Below the pieces are notes generated by a model that did not search any database, had not been told where the DNA came from, and saw nothing but the letters and a program-made list of their open reading frames with translations. A program made the translations under genes and the position numbers. From Raillietiella orientalis (taxonomy: Eukaryota), in contig JAYWIR010000013.1 of NCBI GenBank assembly GCA_036172245.1, forward strand, positions 62,001 through 126,000: 64,000 nucleotides of DNA, read 5' to 3'. Positions 13,451 through 27,400 of this stretch are shown here, piece by piece; the stretch's first letter is position 1; each line of letters begins with the position of its first letter.

Positions 13451-14444
13451 CTCCTAATCTGCTAAACTCGAAATTAGATCGAAGTAAGTAACCACAATAC
13501 AATTCTTTTTCTTGGTTTGCAACATGGCCGTGCGTTTGCCTAAGTTTTTGGAGTCGAATGGCGGAGCATCTTAGCGACCCGAATATGGCCATCCTGTTTG
13601 CTGAAGATTTTAGCATCAAGAAGCCCCAGGAAGAGAAAAGTCATCCGACTTTGTGCAGATCACGTTCAATGGAAACCTGCCTCGGATCCTCTGAAATCTC
13701 CTTCTAGGAGTCAAACTTGTATGCACTGGATGTTCGCTCGTACCTTAGATCGAGACGAAGCTGTCCAATTCTGCATTGTACCCATCGCTCACCTGTGTTC
13801 TCAGTCGAGAAAGGAACAGATGAGACTTAAAAATGTAGCGAATCAATTTCTAGAACTTTGTTGAAGATTTCTTTTGTCAGACGTTATTCACGCGAAACTA
13901 TCTGGTGCCATCGGATTGGAGGCATCGTATACTGTTGATTTTTTAAGCTACGTTGTTACGCCTTCTTACTTCTAGTCAACAAAGTGTGAATGTTCTTAGC
14001 AGGCCATCTGGAATGATCCACTTTTCCACAGCATTTGAACAAATCCCGCTAGCAGTTTCCTGGCAGTGGTTTCAGCACAAATGAAAGCACGCAGCGTGTA
14101 AGAGTATTTTTTATTAAAATATATTTTGTATGGACAATTAGATGGACATGTGACTGCCATTTATTTTTTACTGTTCACAGCTCCATTGTGGCTGCTACGA
14201 CAATGCAGCCATGACAAGAACAGAGAGCAGTGGAATAGAAAACTAGTGCTTAAGCAATATTGGTTATGTGCACAGAAAACTCTTCAAGAATGTTTGTACA
14301 AGATTTGCATTGTTCCCATTCTTTGCATACTTTTTCTCGTAACAGGTTTTCCCAGATTAGGCCATTTCTTATTGGGTTTTTTATAAATGCCCAGAGTCTT
14401 CTCCAGACACATGAGAGCACACACCATTGATAAGATCCTGCAGA

Positions 14445-15907
14445 TCAGAGCTGATAATACTGAGGGTTTTCCTTTCCACCACATGTGGCTGATGCATGTG
14501 TTTTAACTACTGTTTGTGGTAACTCAATGAGTTCCAATTCCATTCCATTCCTAGAGTGACGAGCAACAGAAGGCAATTTGGAGTTGTTGTGGAAAGATTC
14601 TTCATAGACTGGCATACATCTGATTAGATATGGCGCAAATTGATAATTCCACTGTATTGTGGTTACTTACTCACTTTTCCTAAGGAGATCATCAGCTTCA
14701 TTTCGAGCCTTGGTGATTGCTTCATCCATGTTTACTAGAAACTCTTCAGAAGACAGATCACATTTTGCATGAGGATTACTTAAACGATGTGATTTTGTGT
14801 CACTTTCGCACATTTGGTCTTCTTTCTCAAAAACAGGATCAGCAACTGGATCATCTGAGAATGACAGTATGCTGGATCTGGGAATGACAATTTCCAAATA
14901 GTCCCTAAGGAACAAACTATCATTTGGCCACAGTTTATTTTGCCTTCGGATATGCTCAATCTGAAAGATCACAGGATGCAATTAGTTATTCTGTGATAAA
15001 TGTGGCATAAATGTGACACATGTGATAGTAAATCATTATAGCAGCAACATGGGCTGATCCCATGGTTGCACATGTTTCTGCATTCCATGCTCCAAAAAGT
15101 AGTAGGCCTCGATTCCCCTGTACATAGACCATTGGGAGCCCCAGCACTTTAAGATGCATGCATCTGCACCGCATGTTAAGAATGATACCCTATCACATCA
15201 CTTGCTAAGATACATATTAAGCTCTTTGATTTCACAGCAATCATATGCTCATCCCAAACACGGATGCGAACCGTGGAAAAGATAGCACTTTTATCGCTTG
15301 TTTGGATGAGCTTGAGGGAAAACTATTCTGAAAGAGTTCCTAACTTATCCGCAGCCCGTAAATCGGGCTTTACATCCTACAATGTAACGTACACACTTTA
15401 AGCTTAAACCCTGAGCCATGGAAGCCAATTTTTCATGCATGCAGTGGTTTTTGATTAGCACTCTGGCATTCGATGCGTTCGATGAATTCAAGAAGATGGA
15501 ATTCCATCCACCTGGCACATTCTGTGCAGACATGGATGCTTCCACGAAGTTATGCCTCCATTCGCTGTGGAAGGGGTGAAAGAGGCTCTGTACGTGCGTG
15601 GAACCATCCCCAGAGTTGTACATTAATGCGAGTGCTACGACGATTTCTCTCTTTTTTTTGTTTTTGCCTTTACTGAGCATGGAATGGAACGCACAACAAC
15701 AGAAGTACTTGAGGAGGTTAGAAGTTCGAACGGAACGAATCTGGAGTAGTTACTTACGCTGACTCCGTACTTCAAACTGAGTCCTTGAAAAGTGTCATTC
15801 GGCTGAACTTTATGCCTGATGCATTTCTCATACAGCTGCAGTTTGGAGGTGCTTCCATATTTTTTTTTCCCCACGCTGCATAATCCAAACTTTTCACCAT
15901 CTGTCAT
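14445..15907 (-). CDS. LysM and putative peptidoglycan-binding domain protein (LYSMD1/2-like); 3 coding exons, ~199 aa
   Basis: Exons 15907-15758, 14960-14675, 14608-14445 (600 nt, GT-AG). KKYGST, LysM HKVQPNDTFQGLSLKYGVS/IEHIRRQNKLWPNDSLFLRDYLEIVIP, SSEEFLVNMDEAI, C-terminal YYQL*. AATAAA at ~14110-14115 on the minus strand. Confidence 0.92.
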
Positions 15908-17459
15908 TCCTCACATCTGCGGATGCTGTGTGGACTTGCGAACGACGAGAACGAACAGAAAGGATCCAAGGATGCCGAAATTTACTCGATCCTCTCGCTC
16001 CGCAGGCACATGCTGGATGGTTTCGCTGGCACCCTGTCAACTGGCGCCGCAGCCCTGACTGCTCCATCTAGGCCAATGCAAGAAATTGCAAAACGTTCGC
16101 CCACCATGCATACAGACAAGCCCAAATGCATAGATGTGCATGCAAAGGCACACGCATGTGTATACAGAAATCGCGTGTGTGTACAGGGAGAGGCTAGGAT
16201 TTGCCGAATCTTACAACTACTTGTTTCTCCCACGAAAGCAATTTATCGTCATGAGATGCTGCGAAGGAAACTGGTACGTATCAAAGGCAATTTGTTCACA
16301 ACGTGATGAACGCCTAATTGATAATCTAATGAACAGTTGTTTGTACTTCAAGCTAATTGCTTGTTGTGGGTGTTTATTGATTTTATTTCCCTCTTAAAAA
16401 TAGGAGGAATTCATCATTATTCTCATATGTTTTTAGATGTTCCATCAACATTCGTGAGTGTTTACGCTCTTACACTAAGAAGGAAACCGTCCATTTGCCA
16501 ACTGTTTGCCATCTCCACCGTTTCATTTCCGTACGGGGTTGCTACGCACTTCGGAGTATTTCAAGGGGAACCTATTGTAGTAACGCATATCCAGACGTCA
16601 GACGACGGCGCCCGAAATGACTTCCTTTTGGAAGCACGAAATCCAAATGTCCCGAACGAACGAAAAAACAACAGAATGACTATTAAAGCTGTCCTTTTAA
16701 AATGTCTCTGGAGGTTTTGACAGTTCGGTGAAGGGAGGAAAGCAGGGAAGTCGCGCTAGAGAGAAGATGCTTTAAAAAGGAAAAAAAGAAAAATACCTGT
16801 CTTCCATGTTAATCACCCTTTAACTGAGATCTGAGAAGGTTTCCTCGCGAGATTTTTCCGAATGTATTAGGGCGGAGGATGTTCCGCTTCTCCACAGGAA
16901 ATCAGCGAGTTTTTTCGGATGAGAGTAAATGCTCGGAAATCGCATGCTGCTCCATCCAATCTGCGGATAATCAAAAGCTATTCTTCTTCTTCCACGGTTT
17001 CGAACCGTTGTTAATGGCAGCCTACAATTTAAAAGTAAATTTTCGGTGTGAGTCACCGGAACGCACTAAAAGGATCTTCGGGGAAGGCAACAAAGTCAGT
17101 GGTCGAAATTTATGGTATCTTCGCTCATCGTGAGAGGTCTTCGAGCCTCCCTGCTCTCCGGCTCCACCGATCCGTCGCCTGCTTGAGCAGCATTCAGAGC
17201 AGGCTTCCCGCTACAGCTGGGACGAGCATCACCGAACCAGAGGGAATACGCATCCCTCAGAATCCGTTCCTAACAAGCGGCTGCTTACGAGGCGGAAGCC
17301 GGCTGGCGTCTCGAATACCGCGAGGGAAGTCGAGAGTGTTTGCTACCTAGGGACAGCGGACGCTGGACCCTCCCTCCGTCTTAGGGTACCGCTCCGTCTC
17401 CTTGTTTCCGGGTTGCACATAGCAAAATGTAAAAGATTCTAACTGGTTGCGAGTCATCG

Positions 17460-17740
17460 ATTGCCAGAGCCTGGCAGACAGGCGGCAAAGTCCTCCACCA
17501 ACGAGGAGCCCCTTTGCGGCACAGAGTAGACAGAAACGCGAACGGGACTATCCTATCATCCTCGACGAAAGCATTCTCTTGTCCCCGCGCCAGCAGGGAG
17601 AGCGCGCTATGCGGCTGCCAGTCGACGAAAACCCAATCTTCCTTTGGAACGCCCGGAGCCTTTGGAGATGCGCGAGGCCGGGAAAGGAAGAGATCCGCAT
17701 GACGTGAAGCTTCCGTAACCAGGAAAGCACGGAGTCCGAG
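17460..17740 (-). repeat. Inverted copy of the repeat at 4058-4290
   Basis: Reverse-complement match with small indels. Confidence 0.8.
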
Positions 17741-18299
17741 ATGCTGACCGCTTTGGACAGCAGCCGATATTCGAATGATGGCTCCGCCGTATCTCCATGT
17801 CATCGGGGACTTTGCTAAACACCGGTGTATTTCGCTGATCTGGAGAGGGACGTCTTGTTGGGTCATCCTGAACAGGACATTCATCTGGGAGAAGCTGCCG
17901 CATAATTCTAAGGAACACATCTGCAGGGATCGATGATGAGTCCCGTTTCCTTGCACAAAGGCCAGTGAGCACCTCGAGGCGTTCGAACGAACCTTCTCAT
18001 CGCTGTGCAAGCAGGATGAGGTCATCCGCGCGAGCTAAGGGGGAGTCTCCTTCCAAGGAATCTTCCTGCTTGCTTTGGACCGGACTTCCATGGCCATGTG
18101 AGCTCAGCATCGTTGCTAGAATCTTTTCAATGCCCGGACGCTTCCCGTTGAGTGGACCCACCAGGGTCGTGGTCGGTGTCCCGAACAATCGATCCGATGA
18201 GTTTGCCAGCTCTACCTGTACGCAGGGTGGCGTTGTGCACGCCAAAGGCAAAATTAATACGACCTTCGCGTGCGTACAATGCATACAAGGAACGGAATC

Positions 18300-20050
18300 T
18301 CTGGCAGTAAGGAAAAGGAGCAGCCCTTTACACGTTTGGTGTACAGTGAGTACGCTTTAAACAGGATTCTGATAAGGCACTTGGAACGACGTTCATTGAT
18401 CTTCGTTCAAGCTTGAATGCTACACCTGCACAGAGCTGGGATTCAGTGTACGAGGATTTCTGCACCCGTACTTTTACACGCTGGACAACGGAGCGTACCA
18501 TCTGAGGAATGGTTTAGGTGCTTTGGCGACCAAAGGATGCTTAATTGAGTGCTTGCACGGAGGAAGCATTGGCAGCAGATTGAATGCTGAAGCGATTCAA
18601 TGAGAAATCCTGGCTTCGGCATAATGAAGAAGTGGGTTGCGGATTTTTTGGGTGCGTGGCCACTCCATAAAATTGCTGAATTCATTTCCAGTTGGACGAA
18701 TAGAACTGGATGCCATGTGTTCAAGAAAAATTTCCTTAGTGGTGCTTATCGCCCTCGCAAATTATTCGTTCATTTGATCTCCGTAAACTGATCTAATGTG
18801 AATCTGAAAACGATCTCTCTAAAAGTTAGCTGTGTCTGTCCACCCGTCTATCGTGCGGAAGAAGCTGTTCGCTTCCACGTATTTTCATTTTGATTTGCTG
18901 TATTGTCCATTTGTTCCTTGAAAGCTCCCTGCTTCGAGGAGAACTGGATGATCCCTTGTATCCCATTGTTCAATGAAGAATGGTACGGTGTGTTGCGAGA
19001 ATGCTTCTCACAAGAACAAGCAAATTTGTTCGCTACCAGAAGGGTGCTGGCGATCAGCTGGCCAAAGCAATGATGGATAGGGCCTGCTCTGACCGCGGGT
19101 TTGAGCACGAAGGGGGATCGAGGAGGGACTCCATGTTCGTAAGCGCATGGTGGCACAGTCGCGGAACCTGAGGAGCCCAATGTGTTCTTTGTGCCAGCAG
19201 GAAACGAGGTGCTGTGGCGCAGGTGATGCAAGTGAGAGTGGGCGTGACCGCGAACACATGGGTTTGAGCGGAAGGAAACGGTGCGTGTCAGCACTCCCGA
19301 GCGCAGGTAGTTTGAACTCGTGCTGCATGGAAGCTGGTAGAATTGCACATCGTCCTGGATTCGTCTTGCTGAAGACATCTGGAAGGAAATCTCGACGGCC
19401 TGGATCTCTGCTTGCAATGCTGTTGGTTTCCTACTCTGTTGCCTTCGCTCCTGACACTGTTTCCGCAGGGGTTCCTTGCATCTTTGCATTTCTTTCCTTC
19501 CACCTTTTCCTTCTTAGGCGGATGCGTTTCTCGAGCTTCGTCTGACCCCAGAGATGCGTCGGATACAGCCGTTGCATGCTCCGGGGCCTGGGGCTGTCTG
19601 CTCATGATTGCCTTTTTTGTTAATATGTTTTCCCCAGGAGGCCTGTTTCCTGTGCACCCCTTTCGTTTGCAGAAGCATGGCACGTGGACTGCAAGTCTCC
19701 CATCTCTTCGCAGCGACTGCAGCTGATGATTGGTCATACCTTCTTTAGATGCCACGTGACCTGGCAGTGATCACATACTTTGGCTTGTCCAAGTACCATA
19801 CATAGACGATTTCGTCGTTGATGCGTTGCTCTTGTGGGAAGGTCGACCTATTTCCCACAGCTGCACATGCTCCGACAACCCACTGAACGTTTTGAAAGGA
19901 GAGCATAACACTTCCCCATACTGCGGGAGCATTGCCGACTTTTGATAGTTCGGCTAGGATCGCGTCCTTGGACATACAGACAGTGAGTGATCCCCCTCAG
20001 ATTGATCACCCAGAGATAGCGAACACTTGAATCTCCTTAGCGCATAATGG
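18300..20050 (-). mobile_element. Decayed, internally deleted LINE-like fragment
   Basis: ORF1-like segment with a knuckle-like remnant (~19750-19800), NNGIQG RT-like remnant and RCPACKSTGAEILVH C-terminal zinc-finger-like motif. Confidence 0.35.
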
Positions 20051-22386
20051 AGACTTTAGTAGGCGGTAGGCCAACGCTGCACCCGTACAGCGTGGCTCCC
20101 CGCCACCGAGCGTCAGCACTGCGAGTCGATGGACTACCATAGCGAACTTCATATGAACGGGTGTTGTCATTTGAGCTATCTTCTATTGAAGAGAAGGATA
20201 ATGTCCTTGGACAACATAGGACCTGGTCATCGAGTCCATCACTTCACCCCTGATGGCTGCAGAAATAACCGCCATCCGAAAAGTTTTCCACCAAGCTTTC
20301 GCCTCATGGACTTTGTCAGCTCCAACCTCGGATTGCTAAAAGGAAGTGATTTCACGCTTGAGGGTCATCCAAAGGTCTTCCTGCGATCCCTCGCGAGAGA
20401 TACAGATAAACTCTCTACTTGATATCCAAGTCCCACTCGAAACAAAGGGGACCGCCTCTCCTGTAGGATGAGCTGCACGGAAAGCACAGACCGGAAGAGC
20501 TGGAGAAACGCGTCTGCGCTAATCCGTCTGGCACGACAGGATCAGAAGTCTGAAAAAAGGAGTTTTGCGGGAATCCATGTCTCGATCTGACACGAAGGGA
20601 GACTGCTCTCCCGACAACGGGAGGCCCCGAAGTACGCCCGCTAGCAGAAGAGGTGGAATTTCTGGGCTCGCGATAAGAAAATCCCGAGCACGCCGGCTGG
20701 ATGCCCAGCCCTCGTACAACCTCCTGGACAGAGGAGGAGATGGGAGAGGAAGGGGAAGTGAGGATTCTTCTGGGCGCCTTCCTTCCCTCGGGAGCACAAA
20801 GCACTCCGAAGGAAGACGAAGAGATAGTCGGTGGGATGGTCGGAGATGCAAAGGTCTCCCTTCCAGCAGCATAGGAAAATGAAAGGAGCGGCGCAAGGGG
20901 CAGTGGTTGAAGCGCCAAGGTAGGATGGGTATCACCACCTTTCTCCGCCTTCCGGGACGGGAAGGAGGAAGCGAGCGAAGGAAAGGTGACCCTGGCGAAA
21001 AAGGCATCAAATCTGCAGGCAGATCGCCACCAAGCGAGCACGGGGGCGCCTCGCGACGAGCATGCCGAAGGCGGCAGGGTGGAGAAGGAACACGCACGTT
21101 CCGCACGCAAGATCCACCAGCGGGCAACTCACTCATCTTCGGGGACGGGGAAGCGTCCGAGCAGTCGGGGTCGTAGAGTGAAGGAGGAGGCCCGCTGCTG
21201 CGGATCACGCGGTTTGCCACCTCGTTTTGTGCCTACCTTCGACCCGTCTACCCGAAGAAGGAAGGACTGCGAAGTGGGCGTCACTGACACGCCGCATTTC
21301 CCTACTGCTTGTTCTTGTGAAACACCATCGGAAATGCTCTGGGTTTCCACCCTCTGCCGCACCGCCCCTCAGGAAGGCGGGAGCCACGCACGCATTTTCT
21401 CCCATGCGGCGTCCATTCCCTGCTGTCCGAGGGCTTTCGTTGGCTGATGAGATCGGTCCGCTGGTGACGCCCACAGATAAGTATCCCTAGGCGTTTCCAT
21501 CGGTGAGTAGCGCGCTCTTGACTTGCCTGTTGGCAACGCAGAGCTGCGTGCACCATTTCGTCGACAGCACGGCTCCCAATACGAAGAGTTTCCCAGTCTT
21601 TATCAGTAGTGCAGGATACAATGCACGGCTTCACGCCGTCGCCTCCTCCCCTGCCTGCCAGAGGGGATACGCAAAGAGGGCGAGCACCGTCTTTGCTGGG
21701 AAGGAACGATGGTCGCGAAGGGAATTTCGGCCGCAGGCGCAGGCGGCTCGTGCCGCCTAGCTGATCTCTCTACCCATCACCCAGCAGCCGACCTTCCTCC
21801 GCCACGAGCGAGTGTGAGGTGCCGCGACGGATAGCGACGCATGCGATCCTGACGCCGCGTCACACCTGCCACGCTGGTGATCACACGAGCTTGCACGTCG
21901 GCGTCTTTCTGTCGTCTTCAAAGCCGAAGGCTTGCAACAAGCGTGGCCGTCGCTCGAAGAGACCTCCCAGGTTGCTGCCTGCCGCTCGTATTCCCTCGCA
22001 ACCACACTGCAACTCTTTGCCGTCTCCCTACTTCTGATCGCGCAATCGCGACTTTCAACCCTGGCAACAACTCACCCTGTTCCGCTATCCTTTGGAAGCG
22101 CTTCCTAGATTCGAAAGCTGTGCACATTCATTCTCCTGAGATGCCCGGTGGCATCCCGTCTCCCCGTGCCTCAGCAAGGAGACTGCTTCTCCTCTTCTAC
22201 GTCTATGGTTCCAGGAAGTCTTTTTCCTGTCTTGCTGCAGTGTCTCGGAGGACAAAGTGATTTTCAAAGAAAGGGACTCAAACGAGCGCAAGAAGCGGAA
22301 ACGACTGACCTATCGTCACCTCACCCGTCCTCCCTGTCCCAGGAAAAAGGAAGAAAGTAGGGATTTTCCGGCATTCCCTTTTGCAG

Positions 22387-23545
22387 TGATCTGTGGCGGA
22401 GAGGAGGGTGGGTGCAGTCGGCCAACTGAGGGAGTGATAGCCCTACAAGTCCACCGCATGCCCTGCCAGCGAAAACACCAGGCAGTGTCCCGGGCACTCC
22501 TGCAGTTTGGCACTCAGCAATCACCTCGCTCACCCGGAAGCGCGGCTCATCCGTATGACGGGTGCTCATCTCGGGCGCTGCCAGTTGTTGCTGTTGCAGT
22601 GCGTGTTTTCGTATGCTGAGCTGCTTGCTGGGGCCACTGGCAAATGCCGCATGGAGCAGCGGTTCTTGAGGTGCCAGCAAATCAAACCATGAAGATAGCC
22701 GAAAGAAGGAAAGAATTCAAGGACGTGGAAGACAGCTACGTCGAATAGGAATTCCGTCCTGCTGAGACTCATGGCAACAGTTTGCGCGTGAGGTCGAAAG
22801 TCTCCCTCTTTCAGAAGAGCCAAACACAGCAAGAAGTTTTTCTTCTCGGCAAGGCGCCTTGCTGAGATTTGCCGCTCCTGAATGAAAACCGCAAAGTGCA
22901 ACCGTGTTGCCTTCTTCATGGCGCCGCCGTGTGCGAAAAAGAAAGCAACTCTCTGTTTGGTTACGCTGTTCAAGGATGCAGATTGCGGACCGCTGCGAGA
23001 GCGATGGTCGCTTCACTGATGGTTTGCGTCGTCGGCCTTCGTGAGGAATATGTCAACGAGGGCGTGCATTCCGAAACCTTGGTTTTGTTTTCATCCTGAA
23101 GCTGACAGTCACTGGGTGGCGGTGCAGCTCTGGCTCACCATTTGGAATGCCTGCGGCCTGGCGCAACACGGAAGCCCCTTGTGCCTTCCTGCCACGGGAG
23201 GAAAAGGGAAGGTGCGTGCAGATCTTGCGTGTGCAGTGGAGACGGTGCTGCTGCACGGCACGTTGGGAGAGGCGCTCTTTCGCAGGTGTCCATTACAGAT
23301 GTGCTCTGTGAAGTTCGCCGCAGAATAGCTCCTCTTACTGATTTGGGTGTTCGTTTCTCGCGGGTGAGCTGATGTGCCTTCCTCAGCCAGCGGACGAAGG
23401 AAGCAGCCGATTCCTTGAGAAGGAGCCCACCCGCCACCCTTACCGTGTCATTGCTGGTCGGTTTCACGTGGAAAGCTGCATGTCCAGTGGCAGGTCAAAT
23501 GTAATTCCCCGACGGAGTCGTTTTGCTTAGCGCGTGGCGAGCAGA
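22387..23545. repeat. Dispersed repeat of unknown class; inverted copy at 63243-64000
   Basis: ORF 22507..22692 mirrors 63573..63758; high identity with reciprocal indels. Confidence 0.88.
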
Positions 23546-24478
23546 AAAGACGATGCAACATCAGTCGTCTTTTTTGCTGCTGCCGACAATGCGTGTGAAT
23601 GATCGAAAGAGTGCGTTCTTTTGATCGTATGGCTGTGGAAAGAGTTGCTCCACAGAGTCCGCCATGAGGGCATCAGGGAAATGAGTCGGGCATTCAACGG
23701 TTGCATCCGCAACACAGGGGAAGGAGGTTGGCGACGGTATGCCAACAATTTCAGTCCACGTGACGCTGGCACGGAAAGGAACAGTTCGCTTTGCGATCCG
23801 GCGTTCCCGATGGACACGCAGGTGCTCACTGCTCCCGGGAACAAACTTCCTGTGGGCTGCCGCTGGCCTGCTCGTTCCCGTTTGCCCGCACCGCCTCTAA
23901 ATGGGAACTCCCGAGCACCAGGAAGTCTTGCGGTCTGGGAACACGGAATTTGGGGTCGCCTACCTACGAACTCGCGACCCGGCCCGAGTGTCGACGCGAT
24001 AGCAATGCTACCTGCAGCCGCAGCTGCCGACCTCGCGAGGTCAAGGTGAATTTCCCCGCAATGCCCGACCCGTCGGGAAAGGGCGAAGAGATCTGCATCT
24101 CCTGTCCGCGGCATCTCTGGAACGGAGGAAACGCGTAGCTGGAAACACGGCTTTCATCTCGAGAAGATCCGGATTCTTTGCAGTGCCGTTCGTCGTGCCT
24201 TTCTCGAAGGGTGAGAGGAGCGCCAACGCAAAGAAAAGGGCCGTTCCTGGAACGAATTCCCTAGCTCTCTTGCGAGCCGCTCTTCCTGGCTGCTTGGACT
24301 ACGCCCTCAGCACGTGTCCACGGATGGCCGCGAGGGATACTCTAGTGGTAAATTCTTAGAGCAGGACTCCTGTGCGGCATCTGGGAAAGCGCTCCAGCCG
24401 TCTGTTGAGCCTCTTGCTCATCTGTGGAGGGCTTTATTCGGGAAGGGGCCGACTGGCCTCAGCTGCAGCGAGGGACCG

Positions 24479-27400
24479 TCATCTGACCGCGGCGAATCCG
24501 ACGCGCCTCTGGCCCACGTCGAATTTGGTGTAGTACTTCCCCATGAGCACCACTCCGAGCGCCCAGTACTCCCTGCTTTCCTTCACAAACTCGAAAGGCT
24601 GCACACCGACCACGCAACGGCTGCTGTTTGCGGAGGGAAACTGGCGAGCGAAGGAGATCGGGAAGAGATCGGAACCCTCGGTACCTCGAAGGTGTAGTCG
24701 GATGGCTCCAGGGTCAGCTGTCCGCTGTCGATTTCGAATGTGATGATGGGCAGCGACTGCCTCTTCCTGCAGTCTACCTGCGGGCCAAGCGTCCTTCCCC
24801 GGAGAGGCCCCCCTCTCTCACCGTGTAGAAGCGGTGCTTCCCGTTCCAGGAAGCCCCCATTTTGCTTAGCAATTCCTCCGCAACTTGCTTGGGACCTCCG
24901 AGGAGACTCATTCCTGTGTCCACCAGTGCTCTGCATCCGCCAGGACATACCGACGACCCATCGAAGGCGATGCTGGGACGGAGGGAAGGGAGTCACGCGG
25001 CGCTCAGGAAAACCCCTTCTCTTCCCGTTTTCCCTCACTCTTTCAGCTGGATCTCCCAGTACTCATCTCTCACTACTGCAGCGTAGGAAAAGTCTCCGCT
25101 GTGCCTGCTAGGGTCCGAACCCCCTAGAGTCAGCTCTCCTCCGAATTCCGATCGGATGTCTCTGAAAGTGGACGCGCAGTTACCACCACCAACAGCCCCT
25201 TCCCTCCTTAGGTCGTGCCCCTCTCCAGGTAAGGGAAATCCAGGCAATCAAAGTCAGCGACGCGGCTAAGGCGAATTTCAGTCGAAAAGCACTGGGAAGC
25301 TGCGGATCTATCAGAGCGGGAGTGTCCCGGTCCGACGCGCCAAGAGCGCAGGGCACCCCCACGCGGCTGCCACGGCAAGGGACAAGCTTGGAACAGAGTG
25401 TCCAGCCTTGTAACCCAATGACCCTGCTCCCGACCCTCAAGAGTTATTCCTGTGCGATGCCAAGCTCCAACAACACCTCTATATGTCCCTCGCGTCAGTC
25501 CTTAGCCGCAGAAAAGCGGTGCACGTTCACACAACTCAAGGAACTTTTGTCAGCCACGAAGAGGACCGTGGCACCCGGCCCTCCAGGAGGTCCTTGACAT
25601 TACTAATGCTCATCGAGGAGAGAACCTCTTCTACCGGAGGGACTCCGGGAGGGGGCCACTCGTCGGTTCTTCTCCGTAAGGAACCCGGAAAGAATTCTTT
25701 CCTCGTTTCCTCCTCCTCTGGAGAGAACCCTGAAGGGCCGCTCCCCGAAAAGAGCAGCAACCTAACCTAACCTAATCTATTCATGGTGTGAGATGGAGGG
25801 TCCCTCCGAGGGGGGTATGGCTCCATCTTTGCAGCCGGAGGGCGAGTCATGAGGGGAAACGACTCCTTAGTTCCTGGAAGGATCCCGGAGGGTCGACTTC
25901 CAGCCCCGGCTACTCAACAGGGGCATCCAGCTTGAGTCAGTGTCGCACTTGAAGTCTCAGGCCGACCAGCGTCATCCTACTGGGAAAAAAGTTCACGACG
26001 CACCCCTTTCTCGGCTTCCACCCTTCCTCGGACGGGATTCCAACCCACAACGCTCGGTACTATGCGCGAAGACCGCAGCCATGAGACCGCCAACGCGGAC
26101 GTGTGACTATGGTGTTCCTTCCTGCAGTCGAGAACGGAGCATTTTAGCTGAGGAGGACACAATTGGTCTCTCCACTCCGGAAGACTACGAACTGTCTAAT
26201 GGAATCAGAGCATGCGCCGCTTCCGACAAGGTCGCGTGAAGGCTGTCTACGTAAGCCGGGGCCCGTCCCTGCCAGGAGACACCGGGCGTGGTCACCGCGC
26301 CGATCTGAGGAACGCCGCGCCTTGGCGCCCACGCGATACCCTTCTTCTGGCTCCGGGGATGTCTTCGGAATTGTCTTGCTGCTGCCATCTCGCGCTGATG
26401 CGACCAGGCGCGGCGCGCACGCACCCTCCCATGCCGCCACTGACCAGCGCGTATAAGGCGTTCCGCCTACCACCACTGAGCCCATTGCCTCCAGAACGCT
26501 CAAGTCCGACGGCCCTCCCGAGGCAGCGCCGAACCACCCCTGTCAATGGGAACGATGGGCTCCGTCAACGTAGAAGGCACCAACGCCGATTGGCTTCGCC
26601 CTCCCTACCTGCTGAAAATGCCGGGCGTCGGGAACGTCAGCCGCGCTACCACAGAAAGGTTGCGCATGGAGGGGGACAGACGCAGGGAAGCCCTGCAACC
26701 GTGGTGGGCCAAAGCGACGGCTGCTCCGCCCGTTCGTACCTGCTGAAGAAAAAGGAGAACACGTGTTCCTTCAAAACTCCTTGCTTCATCAAGTTCAGGA
26801 AGAAGGGGTCTCCGAACCTCGCAAGCTGAGGGAATCCCAGTCCCATTAGTCCATCGATGGAAGGAATGCTAAAGGTGTCTCCATAAAACACCATCCCTTC
26901 GGCAAATATCTGATCGGTGGCAGTGAGGTTGCCGATCTGCAACAGAAGGGCCTCCCGTCGCATCCACCGAAACGCTCCAATCAAAGGGAAAAAAAGGAAC
27001 GCGCAGGAAAGGCGACACCTGCAGCCCTATCCTCGTGAAGATCAATTCGTTGGCAAACCCGTATAATCTACCGGGTGCAGTTAATTGGGCGTAGAACACG
27101 AAAGCAGGCGCGCGTTTCACTCCGACAACTTCCTTTGTGCAGTTTACGTGTCCCCTACCGTCCCTGGTGCCCACCTCGGCAGTAAGCATCCAGACGTGCG
27201 TTTTCCCGATGATTCCCTCCTTACCGAATGTCCCAGCAGCCGGCGCAGCAGCAAGCGATCCTTGGGGCACCGTCTCTGGCAGCATCGTTCCCAATCTAGG
27301 AACCTCCGCTGGAGTCGGAAAGACCGCCGCTTCGCCGATCCGAATCTTCGCTCTTTCCAGCGTGCGGACTCCTCGCACGATCCCGCTCCCATGCTGCGCG

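Noticed and set aside
25761..25775. Interstitial telomere
   Set aside because: Only three TTAGG units, embedded in a dispersed repeat.
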